Below, piece by piece: positions 39,178-47,869 of a stretch of DNA of 56,969 nucleotides. Below the pieces are notes generated by a model, which saw only the letters and a program-made list of their open reading frames with translations, searched no databases and was not told where the DNA came from. Made by a program: the position numbers and the translations under genes. Within the stretch, counting starts at the first letter, position 1; the number at the start of each line of letters is the position of its first letter. The stretch is taken from the IMG/VR virus record IMGVR_UViG_2740892231_000011, positions 1 through 56,969 of that record; one strand, written 5' to 3'. The stretch comes from a virus (Duplodnaviria > Heunggongvirae > Uroviricota > Caudoviricetes).

Positions 39178-40443
39178 ATGTTGATTGAGTTTACAGTACA
39201 AAACTATAAATCTATTTCAGAGAAACAAACACTGAGTTTAGTTGCATCAAAACTTAACGATTTGCCTAATAATCTGTTCAGTATTGATGAACCTAAATCT
39301 CTTGAATTGCTTAAAAGTGCTGTGATTTATGGCCCTAATGCTGCCGGAAAATCAAACATTATTAACGCTATTACAACTATGGCTGAACTTATTGTCCGGT
39401 CTGCTACAGGTTATAAAAGTGGTGATAAACTTGATATCACGCCTTTTAGACTAGACTCAAAGAAGATTAATCAACCATCTGAATTTGAAATTAACTTTAT
39501 TTCCGAAGGCATCAGATACCAGTATGGTTTTTCTGCAACAGAAGATTTTATTCACGACGAATGGTTATTTGCATTCCCCAAAGGCAGACCACAAAAATGG
39601 TTTTTACGTCTATGGGATGAAGAAAAACAAACCCATGAATGGGAGTTGGGGCCATCGTTGACAGGAGAAAAACAAACATGGTTGAAATCAACTAGGCCTA
39701 ATGCGCTCTTTCTTTCTACAGCGGTACAATTAAACAGTGTACAACTAAAACCTGTATACGATTGGTTTTATTACAAAGTTAAATTTACTGAATTAACAGG
39801 TTGGGATAGTGATTACAGTGCAAAGCAATGCTTAAATGATAAGAAAGATGAGATTCTCAATTTTTTAAAAGCTGCCGATGTAGGTATTGATGACATTCAT
39901 GTAACAAAGGAAAAATTCAATCCCAATGCTCTTCCTGATGATATGCCTGCAGCCATCAAGGAACTAGTGATTAAGAATATGCAAGGCAAGGAAGAATATG
40001 TCATTAAAACACTTCATAATAATGAGGCTGGAGAGCCAATTCCATTCGATTTAAAAGATGAATCGCATGGAACTAGAAAAATCTTTAGTTTCGCGGAACC
40101 CTTATCACATTCACTCGAGACAGGAAACATCCTGTTTATTGATGAATTAAATGATAACTTACACCCCAAATTAGTTGAGTTTATTGTAGGTTTGTTTCAC
40201 GATAAAAATATCAATAAGAATGGTGCCCAGTTAATCTTTACAACTCATGAGACGTCTATTTTAAATCAAGATGTTTTCAGACGAGATCAGATTTGGTTTG
40301 TAGAAAAAGACAATTCAAAGCAAACAAATCTTTTCCCACTTACGGATTTTAGTCCAAGAAAAGGAAGGGAGAATTTAGAAGCTTCTTATCTTGACGGTAG
40401 ATATGGGGCTTTACCACTCATTGGGAAATGGGAGAGATATTAA
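39178..40443 (+). CDS. AAA/ABC-type ATPase, AbiLi / RloA-like
   Basis: Walker A GPNAAGKSN near the N-terminus; Walker B-like ILFIDELNDNLHP; AT-rich; start of the next gene overlaps its stop. Confidence 0.7.
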   Translation: MLIEFTVQNYKSISEKQTLSLVASKLNDLPNNLFSIDEPKSLELLKSAVIYGPNAAGKSNIINAITTMAELIVRSATGYKSGDKLDITPFRLDSKKINQPSEFEINFISEGIRYQYGFSATEDFIHDEWLFAFPKGRPQKWFLRLWDEEKQTHEWELGPSLTGEKQTWLKSTRPNALFLSTAVQLNSVQLKPVYDWFYYKVKFTELTGWDSDYSAKQCLNDKKDEILNFLKAADVGIDDIHVTKEKFNPNALPDDMPAAIKELVIKNMQGKEEYVIKTLHNNEAGEPIPFDLKDESHGTRKIFSFAEPLSHSLETGNILFIDELNDNLHPKLVEFIVGLFHDKNINKNGAQLIFTTHETSILNQDVFRRDQIWFVEKDNSKQTNLFPLTDFSPRKGRENLEASYLDGRYGALPLIGKWERY

Positions 40444-41129
40444 TGGGAAGCGAAGATCTGTTCAAAAAAAGAAAGGCTCGGCGTAATAATGAATTCAAAC
40501 GAGTTAGTAAAGCACGAGCTCAAATGAAGAAAATTCTCATCGTCTGTGAGGGAGAGAAGACTGAGCCCGCATATTTTACAGATTTTATAAAACATTGCCG
40601 TATAAGCACGGCAAGCATAGTTGAGATTTCTGGAGAGTGCGGCTCAAGCCCTATGAATGTGGTATCTTGGGCAAAAGAAAAATATAATACGGAAAAGAAA
40701 AGGAGCGACCCTTATGATAAGGTTTATTGTGTCTTTGATAGAGACGCTCACCCTAACTATGATGAAGCTCTTAGCAGGATTAATTCCTTAAATCCAAAAG
40801 GGATTTTTGTTGCTATAACTTCCATACCATGTTTCGAGTACTGGCTGATACTACATTTTGGATACACCCGAAAATCATTTTCACCTCAGAAAGGCAAAAG
40901 TGAAGGCGCACAAATGCTAGCTGAGTTAAAAAAATACATGCCAGATTATGAGAAAAAGGCATCAGGTGTATTTAATAAATTGCAAGATCGGCTCGATACG
41001 GCATTAATCAATGCTAAAAGAGTCGAAGATGCCGCCAAAAAAGACGGGTCGATAAATCCTTCAACTAAAGTTGGCGCTTTGATTACAGATCTAATTAACA
41101 TTCGTGATGACTTTGAAAATGAGAAGTAA
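40428..41129 (+). CDS. RloB-like protein (AbiLii-like partner)
   Basis: KILIVCEGEKTEPAYF motif characteristic of RloB-like proteins as I recall them; operonic with the ATPase. Confidence 0.6.
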   Translation: MGEILMGSEDLFKKRKARRNNEFKRVSKARAQMKKILIVCEGEKTEPAYFTDFIKHCRISTASIVEISGECGSSPMNVVSWAKEKYNTEKKRSDPYDKVYCVFDRDAHPNYDEALSRINSLNPKGIFVAITSIPCFEYWLILHFGYTRKSFSPQKGKSEGAQMLAELKKYMPDYEKKASGVFNKLQDRLDTALINAKRVEDAAKKDGSINPSTKVGALITDLINIRDDFENEK

Positions 41130-41254
41130 AAATAACATGTCATGATGTAGCGACGGCAGCATGTTTAAGTTCAAATGGCAAAGTGTACGCGAAGTATACG
41201 CGAATCAAAAACAATAGAAAAAACGTATATTTTACAAAAGATTATATAAATTTT

Positions 41255-41285
41255 GACGCGGGTTCAACTCCCGCCAGCTCCACCA
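41255..41285. repeat. att core (right copy): attR of prophage 1 / attL of the IntA-type element
   Basis: 31-bp exact copy of the ssrA 3' end GACGCGGGTTCAACTCCCGCCAGCTCCACCA. Confidence 0.8.
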
Positions 41286-41408
41286 CTTTTTAGTTGTTTG
41301 AAGTTCAATGAAGTCTACTAAGCCCACACAGCACAAGCTCTGCGGGCTTTTTTACGTCTATTGTCGTCCAGTGAGAATTGCTGAGAACTACGAGTTATGG
41401 CACCCTGA

Positions 41409-42680
41409 ATGGGACCCACTAAGAAGGGTCCAAAAACCGAGGGTCCCAAAATGGCAAAAATCGCTAAGAAGCTCACTGACACTGAAATCAAAAGCACCAA
41501 GCCAGCCGATAAAGAAATCAACTTGTTTGACGGTGATGGTCTGATTCTACGAATCGCTCCTTTGGCGAAAGGAGGCAAGAAAAATTGGTATTTCAGGTAT
41601 GCAGTACCAGTGAGCAAGAAAAGAACCAAAATGAGCCTTGGGACATATCCTCACCTTACCCTTGCAAGAGCCAGAGCCTTACGTGATGAATATCTCTCCT
41701 TTCTGGCAAATGGTGTTGATCCCCAAATCCATAACAACGATAAGGCGAAGGCATTAAAGAGTGCTACTGAGCACACTCTCCAAGCCGTAGCGCGGAAATG
41801 GTTAGATGAGAAGGTAAAGACATCAGGTATCTCACAAGACCATGCAGCAGACATCTGGCGCAGCTTAGAGAGAAATGTCTTTCCCGGTCTGGGTAATGTC
41901 CCTATCAATGAGATCCGACCTAAGCTCTTAAAACAACACCTTGATCCTATTGAGCAACGAGGCGTATTGGAAACTCTACGCCGTATCATTTCACGTCTGA
42001 ATGAAATCTTCCGGTGGGCAGCTACTGAAGAACTTATTGAGTTCAACCCGGCTGACAACCTTGGTCAAAGATTCAGTAAACCAAAAAAGCAAAATATGCC
42101 TGCCCTTCCCCCAAGCGAATTGCCAAGGTTTATGGAATCTTTGACGAATGCGTCAATCCGGTTGGAAACACGTATGCTAATTGAATGGCAATTGTTGACA
42201 TGGGTTCGTCCGGGTGAAGCCGTTCGCGCAAGGTGGTCTGATATTGATACAACCAACAGCATTTGGAACATTCCTGCTGATTTCATGAAAATGAAAAAGC
42301 TTCACAAAGTTCCTTTGAGTAAAGAAGCTTTGCGCATCCTTGAATTAATGAAATCAATAAGTGGGCATAGAGAATGGGTTTTCCCCAGCATAAAAGCGCC
42401 TCTTAATCATATGCATGAACAAACAGCCAACGCAGCTATCATCCGAATGGGGTTCGGAGGCGAGCTTGTAGCTCACGGTATGCGTTCTATTGCACGAACA
42501 GCGGCAGAGGAGTCTGGTAAATTCAGAGCTGAAGTTCTTGAGGCAGCGCTTGCCCACTCGAAAAAAGATGAAATTATCGCAGCATACAATCGTGCAGAAT
42601 ATCTGATAGAGCGACAGAGTTTGATGCAATGGTGGAGTGATTACGTTCAAGCTCAAAGATCAAATGCTCTGGTAGCCTAA
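41409..42680 (+). CDS. tyrosine integrase, IntA/P4 type (ssrA-specific family)
   Basis: N-terminus KLTDTEIKSTKP...LFDGDGLILRI resembles CP4-57 IntA; C-terminal catalytic domain; likely start at MAKIAKK near 41451; adjacent to the att repeat. Confidence 0.85.
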   Translation: MGPTKKGPKTEGPKMAKIAKKLTDTEIKSTKPADKEINLFDGDGLILRIAPLAKGGKKNWYFRYAVPVSKKRTKMSLGTYPHLTLARARALRDEYLSFLANGVDPQIHNNDKAKALKSATEHTLQAVARKWLDEKVKTSGISQDHAADIWRSLERNVFPGLGNVPINEIRPKLLKQHLDPIEQRGVLETLRRIISRLNEIFRWAATEELIEFNPADNLGQRFSKPKKQNMPALPPSELPRFMESLTNASIRLETRMLIEWQLLTWVRPGEAVRARWSDIDTTNSIWNIPADFMKMKKLHKVPLSKEALRILELMKSISGHREWVFPSIKAPLNHMHEQTANAAIIRMGFGGELVAHGMRSIARTAAEESGKFRAEVLEAALAHSKKDEIIAAYNRAEYLIERQSLMQWWSDYVQAQRSNALVA

Positions 42681-42718
42681 GTATCAGAATAGCTAATATA
42701 ATCCTGAAGGTAAAGAAA

Positions 42719-43135
42719 ATGGAAACCCTATTCAAAGTTTTTGAAAAATTTAGTTCCAGACCACTTTTTTTTATTTTTTTCGGACTCTCACTTTGTGAAT
42801 TTTTTCAGAAACAATCTGTTCTGATGAATCCATCAGCAGATAACATCGCGAAATTATTCGCAGCCATGATATTAGTTGTTTTTTTTACTTGGGGATTTGA
42901 ATGGCTAATCTTCAAGTTCAATGTAAACCTTGAACCTCATGATCAAGGCGATATTGGACCAACAATTGGAACGGCTACTTTAGCTGTATACTTAGTTTAT
43001 GCCTTTCACTTTCTCAGTGAAAATCCTGAAGCATTAAATTTAAAGTTATTAACTAACTCTGGCTTTATATACAGCACAACTCTATTATTATTCTCATTAG
43101 AATGCATGAAGCTTAGAAGACTTAAACAAAAATAA
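42719..43135 (+). CDS. hypothetical polytopic membrane protein
   Basis: 138 aa with about 4 hydrophobic helices; AT-rich. Confidence 0.5.
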   Translation: METLFKVFEKFSSRPLFFIFFGLSLCEFFQKQSVLMNPSADNIAKLFAAMILVVFFTWGFEWLIFKFNVNLEPHDQGDIGPTIGTATLAVYLVYAFHFLSENPEALNLKLLTNSGFIYSTTLLLFSLECMKLRRLKQK

Positions 43136-43355
43136 ACAACATCATTGTGATGATAAATATAAAATAGGCATGGCGAAAAAAAATCACCACGCCTAAAATA
43201 TAATAATTATGGTAGCATCATTGATACATAATCCACACCAATCCTTGAGCTATACTGAGACGCTATAGCCTGATATCTTTCTGCATAACCAGTTCTCAGT
43301 TGAGATTTAAGTTTGAGTCGGACAGGAACATTTTGCACGTTGCCATCCATATTAC

Positions 43356-44972
43356 TTAAAAACACGGCAGAAATAATATTTTTTCTTCGCCATCAACTGT
43401 TGTTCCATGATTCAACACCACCATATAATCAACAACAGGAAGCGTTTTATCCCCTTCGAAAATAGAGAGATATTTTCTTTGATTTTTATGCATTACATAT
43501 ATATATTTCGAATGTTCAGCAAATGGCAATGCTTTACTCTGACTGGCGTTAAAAAGCTCCAGAACTTTAATGAGCCTGTGCGGACTTAATCTTACATGGT
43601 GAGGGTCGTTACCCTGAGTAGGAACCAAATCACATGCCGCAGATACACATAAATACCATTTGTTCGACTCTGTATCAAAGAAAATAGTGCCAGTAGAAAT
43701 ATGACCATCTTCAAAATTCTTTGAAGACAAATTCATATTTAAAGCATGATACATTTCGTGATAAGTATCATTATTTGATGGCAGATCCATTTTTGAAGAG
43801 CAATATTGGAGCAATGCAGCAACTCCGCTGTTAGCGTATTCATTTGAATAGCTATCAAAAACACTTTTGATAAATTCATCCAGCGTATTATTATTTTTAA
43901 GTCTTTGATAAAGCTCTTCTGATAAATTACCAAATACAAAGTCAATATTTCTACATCTAATATCAGGCGAGTCTGATTTTAATATCTCATTTAACCACGC
44001 AGCTTGACCGTAATGATCGTTAGCCAAATGATTTACAAAAGATAAAGCCTCAGCTTCGATTGCATTCTGAATTTCAGATTTTATTAACTGATAATAAGAT
44101 GGTTTCCATTCAATGAGAGAATCATTGAGAGTTTGCCAAATCCTATCTCCATCGTTTTCATGATCATCTTGAACCTTATGAAATAGGGAGACAAAGATAT
44201 TACCACATTGAATCCATTTTACTCCGCTTTCATCACCCCGAATGACATTGCCAGATGTGTTGCTAGAAATAATTGCATTTCTAGACACAGCATATTCTGC
44301 AATCATTTTTGCAATGAAGTTTTTATCCTTTTGATCCTCCAACACAGCATCATCATGTATTAATCTTTTAATTCTTCTACAAGGCTTACTGTCTTTAATA
44401 TAGGCTATTGTTTCATCTCTTGTGAGAGCTTTATTACCATTATCATTTAAGTTCGGTAATACAACGTCTTCCCAATAACTTTGGACATCTTCATTATCGT
44501 AGTCAATGATCAAGCTGTTGATATCCAGAGCACCTTTGAGAGTCGATGATATCTGCATCCAAACCGTTTCTAAATTCTCTCTAGTATATATTACAATCAT
44601 ATTTAAATGATCGGAGTCTTTCAAATCTTGTAATAGTTTAAGTGTTTTATCAGGTGCATTATTATCAAGATGATAATCTACAATAATAAGATCTGATTTC
44701 CTAATCCGATCCACATCGAAATTAACAGAACCATTGTCAACATCACAAATCATATTTTTAGATTGAAAAAAGCTCTCAAGAGTAGCGGCTCGTTTAGATG
44801 AGTCAATTTTGTTGTAGTCTAAATCAACTTCGTTATTCAACGCCCTGATTGATTCAGAATACGTCAGAAAATCGTCATCAATCATGACAACGGAACGAAT
44901 TGCATTTTCGCAGAAAGTTTTCTGGACAAGAGAATTATAATTTGCCACTGTCATATTAGAACTCCACTCCAT
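43356..44972 (-). CDS. receiver (REC)-like domain protein fused to an unrecognised C-terminal domain (candidate effector)
   Basis: N-terminal VVMIDDDF ... DLIIVDYHLD ... MIVIYT resembles CheY-like receiver motifs (acidic pocket, phospho-Asp, conserved Thr); about 380 aa beyond with no known motif; coupled to the upstream kinase ORF. Confidence 0.6.
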   Translation of the reverse strand: MEWSSNMTVANYNSLVQKTFCENAIRSVVMIDDDFLTYSESIRALNNEVDLDYNKIDSSKRAATLESFFQSKNMICDVDNGSVNFDVDRIRKSDLIIVDYHLDNNAPDKTLKLLQDLKDSDHLNMIVIYTRENLETVWMQISSTLKGALDINSLIIDYDNEDVQSYWEDVVLPNLNDNGNKALTRDETIAYIKDSKPCRRIKRLIHDDAVLEDQKDKNFIAKMIAEYAVSRNAIISSNTSGNVIRGDESGVKWIQCGNIFVSLFHKVQDDHENDGDRIWQTLNDSLIEWKPSYYQLIKSEIQNAIEAEALSFVNHLANDHYGQAAWLNEILKSDSPDIRCRNIDFVFGNLSEELYQRLKNNNTLDEFIKSVFDSYSNEYANSGVAALLQYCSSKMDLPSNNDTYHEMYHALNMNLSSKNFEDGHISTGTIFFDTESNKWYLCVSAACDLVPTQGNDPHHVRLSPHRLIKVLELFNASQSKALPFAEHSKYIYVMHKNQRKYLSIFEGDKTLPVVDYMVVLNHGTTVDGEEKILFLPCF

Positions 44973-46674
44973 TGAACTGGATCACAAAATTAGCGCCATC
45001 TTTTATTAAATAGTTATCGCCTTCATCAGGTTCTGAATACCATATTTTATGATGTGCAACAGCAAGGTTTTCTCGACATAGATACAGACCTACCCCATGT
45101 CCATTTGCTCTTTTGCTATAAAATAGTTCAAATAGTCGCGGGATATCATCGGTATCAATTGCCGGACCAGAATTTGCTATGATAACCAAAGAATTCACAA
45201 AACCAATCTTTATGAGCCTATTATTTGACAGACTGACCCAATACATTGCATTGTTGATAATATTAGTAAAAACAGGATAGATCCTTGATGGTATATCTGT
45301 TATTGCGATTTGCTTAAACTCTTCACTAAATTCAATAGTTATTCGTTGCCGTTCGAAACGCTCCCCAAAGAACTTCAGGACATAATCCATGATATTTTTT
45401 CCAGTTATTCTCTGCCTGGATTGATAACCTGATATTTTCAAAGGTGATAAGAAACGTATTTGTTGAGTAAGCGATCTGTGAGCATTTAACGCCAATGAAA
45501 AACCAGGGTGTTCTTTTACAGAAGTAGGAAGAGAGTTTAGTCCTCTGGTTACCATAGAATCCATTTCTTCAAGTTCATGAGATATTATCTCAACACTAAT
45601 ACCTAACTGTGCAAGCGCGTTTAAACTTTTAGCTTTTTCTTCAAAATATGAGCGTTCTTCTTCAGATAATGAGAATGCTGAATCTAAGTTTATACCTTCA
45701 AATAATCTATCGAGACCTTTTATTATTGATTGATATTTGAAAGTTAGGGTATCAACTGACTCAACATATAAACTATCGAGCAAATTAAACACATTTTCAA
45801 TTTGTGAATCATTATCTATTGAATCAACAACTGATATAGTTTTAGCATAATAATCACTTCGATCAACCTTTATTTCATCGGCCCATTTTTTTAAAAGAGA
45901 ATGTATCTTCTCCTCTATCGTGTTATTAAACTTAGTTAGTTTAGAATTAATAATACCTTGATTTTTTTCAAGGTGATTTTTCGCTGCCAATGAAGGCTCA
46001 AGTTTATTTAATTCAGAATCAAGTTTATTAATTGCTAACTTCATTTGTAGAATATACGCAGAGAACTCATTAAATTTATCTCTGTAGTCTCTATATTTCT
46101 CTTCATACATTCCAAGTTTTGGAGGTTTGATAGGCGTTTTAATTTCACTGCGCAACGCATCTAAGTTTGTAAGATCACTGTCTATAATTTTAAGATAGTT
46201 TAAATCTAACGAACCATCAGTTTTATCAAGCTTAGTTTTCAGCCTTTTAACAGCCTCCAAGGAAGCATCAAGAACTGGTGTCTGATTCTTCAAAGCTTCT
46301 GAAAAACTTTTTTGTGTTGATTTTCGAGCTTGTTGTTGAGCAGATTTTCTTAACTCTTTTTCACGCTTAACTTGTTCTAAAAGCTCTTTACGGTCATCAG
46401 AACGTGAACCAAAAAATCTATCAGCAAGTTCAGTTAACAAATTAGATATAATAGTTTTCAGTTCTCTTGCAGCCTGGTTTCTTATGAATCCCTCTCTCCC
46501 CGACTTATCTTTCAGCTCTTTATTACTGGATTGAGTAATTCCAATATAACCAAAAATCCTTCTATTAGACCAATAATATCGCCCTGCATTCCATGAACGT
46601 CTTTCTTCTATCTGGAAGAAATCATTATCTACTCGACCATAAGGTAATACTCTCAAGCTATCCCTAAAAATCAT
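44956..46674 (-). CDS. histidine kinase (5'-truncated by IS insertion)
   Basis: C-terminal H-box-like ISHELEEM, N-box FTNIINNAMYW and G-box GHGVGLYL; the frame stays open upstream to about 46800 where it meets the IS end, so the N-terminal sensor region is missing. Confidence 0.65.
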   Translation of the reverse strand: MIFRDSLRVLPYGRVDNDFFQIEERRSWNAGRYYWSNRRIFGYIGITQSSNKELKDKSGREGFIRNQAARELKTIISNLLTELADRFFGSRSDDRKELLEQVKREKELRKSAQQQARKSTQKSFSEALKNQTPVLDASLEAVKRLKTKLDKTDGSLDLNYLKIIDSDLTNLDALRSEIKTPIKPPKLGMYEEKYRDYRDKFNEFSAYILQMKLAINKLDSELNKLEPSLAAKNHLEKNQGIINSKLTKFNNTIEEKIHSLLKKWADEIKVDRSDYYAKTISVVDSIDNDSQIENVFNLLDSLYVESVDTLTFKYQSIIKGLDRLFEGINLDSAFSLSEEERSYFEEKAKSLNALAQLGISVEIISHELEEMDSMVTRGLNSLPTSVKEHPGFSLALNAHRSLTQQIRFLSPLKISGYQSRQRITGKNIMDYVLKFFGERFERQRITIEFSEEFKQIAITDIPSRIYPVFTNIINNAMYWVSLSNNRLIKIGFVNSLVIIANSGPAIDTDDIPRLFELFYSKRANGHGVGLYLCRENLAVAHHKIWYSEPDEGDNYLIKDGANFVIQFNGVEF

Positions 46675-46795
46675 TAGTCCTGCATACTTTTTGGCCTTAA
46701 GATCAAAGTGGGAATGTTCACGTTCAGTATGTGATGTATTTTGTGAAAGGAATTCAAACGTTCCTATCTGAAGCTCAAATGGGCCGACCCCTGCG

Positions 46796-46863
46796 TGATC
46801 CTACCCACGTAATATGGACACAGGCCTAAGCGAGGTTCTTGTTTTCAAATTGTTCCGGACTGA
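46796..46863 (+). mobile_element. IS3-family insertion sequence, left terminal end (rest hidden in gap)
   Basis: TGATCCTACCCACGTAATATGGACACAGGCCTAAGCGAG resembles IS3-group termini; the same end recurs at the window end. Confidence 0.6.
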
Positions 46864-46873
46864 NNNNNNNNNN
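46864..46873. other. assembly gap (10 N)
   Basis: Run of N immediately after the IS end; probably a collapsed repeat, so adjacency of the flanks is not proven. Confidence 0.95.
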
Positions 46874-47131
46874 TGAAAAGGATTGCCGTCCTTTCGCAGC
46901 CTCTGACCACCAACGATAGCAAGAGTATCGAGGCAGCTATGAGAAATCATATCACACACCCGCAAGGGCGGGACTCGCACAACCTGAATAAATTCACCTG
47001 GCGCTTTATGCAGTGCCTGACAGACAGCATTGCAATATTCACCGTTACCGCTGCCACTGAGCACGAAGCACGCGCCCAGCTGCCGCACGCACATCTTATT
47101 TTTGTCGCCCGTATCCGTCAGGAGGTGACTC

Positions 47132-47317
47132 ATGCTTAAAACCTTCCGCGTCTTTTCCCGTGCTGTTAACAAGCGTGGCTATACCGTTGGCATCACGCAG
47201 AACGTGAAGGCCGAAAACGTCCAGGCTGCAATCAGCACAGTAATTAACAAATCAGCTAAAGCCGGTTTATCCGGCGTAATTATCCACGCCGTTCATGAAA
47301 TTAAGGGGGTGCAGTAA
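47132..47317 (+). CDS. hypothetical small protein
   Basis: 61 aa ORF with GGAGG RBS, first of a co-directional small-gene set. Confidence 0.35.
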   Translation: MLKTFRVFSRAVNKRGYTVGITQNVKAENVQAAISTVINKSAKAGLSGVIIHAVHEIKGVQ

Positions 47318-47520
47318 TGCAGGAAATGACACTGGCAGAAGCCTCACTGAAAGCGCAACAGATCGAAGTAATCAGCCGCATGATTGAACGCATGATTGAA
47401 CGCAACCACGAAGAAATAGACGACCATGACCTTTCTGTTATTGCGGGACTTATCAAACAACTTTCCAGCAATGTGGCGGTGTGGTTAATGACGGAGGAAG
47501 AAAAACGCGGCGAACAATAA
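47317..47520 (+). CDS. hypothetical small protein
   Basis: 67 aa, start overlapping the upstream stop. Confidence 0.4.
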   Translation: MQEMTLAEASLKAQQIEVISRMIERMIERNHEEIDDHDLSVIAGLIKQLSSNVAVWLMTEEEKRGEQ

Positions 47521-47577
47521 CGGCTAAAAATAAACGGGAAATAAATATCAAGACGACTCCTTCAGGAGGCTAATTAC

Positions 47578-47838
47578 ATGAAATCGAAAATATCTGGCTT
47601 AACTGCCAGTAGCAAAACTCACCCCGAATTTATGTGCGGGGATATTTATCGCGATAAGTACGGCGGCATCGTGACGATTATCAGCACGAGAGAACGACGC
47701 ATCACCTACCGCCGTGAAGGGTATGACTATGACTGCGTGATGCCCCTGTATCAGTTCAGTCGTGATTTTTCCCTGATGCAGGCCGTGCCACGTGGTAAGC
47801 CAGCAATACAAAAGCAGAGGCGAACATCCGAAAGATGA
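47578..47838 (+). CDS. hypothetical small protein
   Basis: 86 aa with GGAGG RBS. Confidence 0.4.
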   Translation: MKSKISGLTASSKTHPEFMCGDIYRDKYGGIVTIISTRERRITYRREGYDYDCVMPLYQFSRDFSLMQAVPRGKPAIQKQRRTSER

Positions 47839-47869
47839 AAAACATGATTAACGTATTCAGGAGCAAAAA

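Noticed and set aside
46801-47172. 123-aa ORF spanning the N gap (contains XXXX)
   Set aside because: It is translated across an assembly gap and an IS terminus, so it is an artefact.
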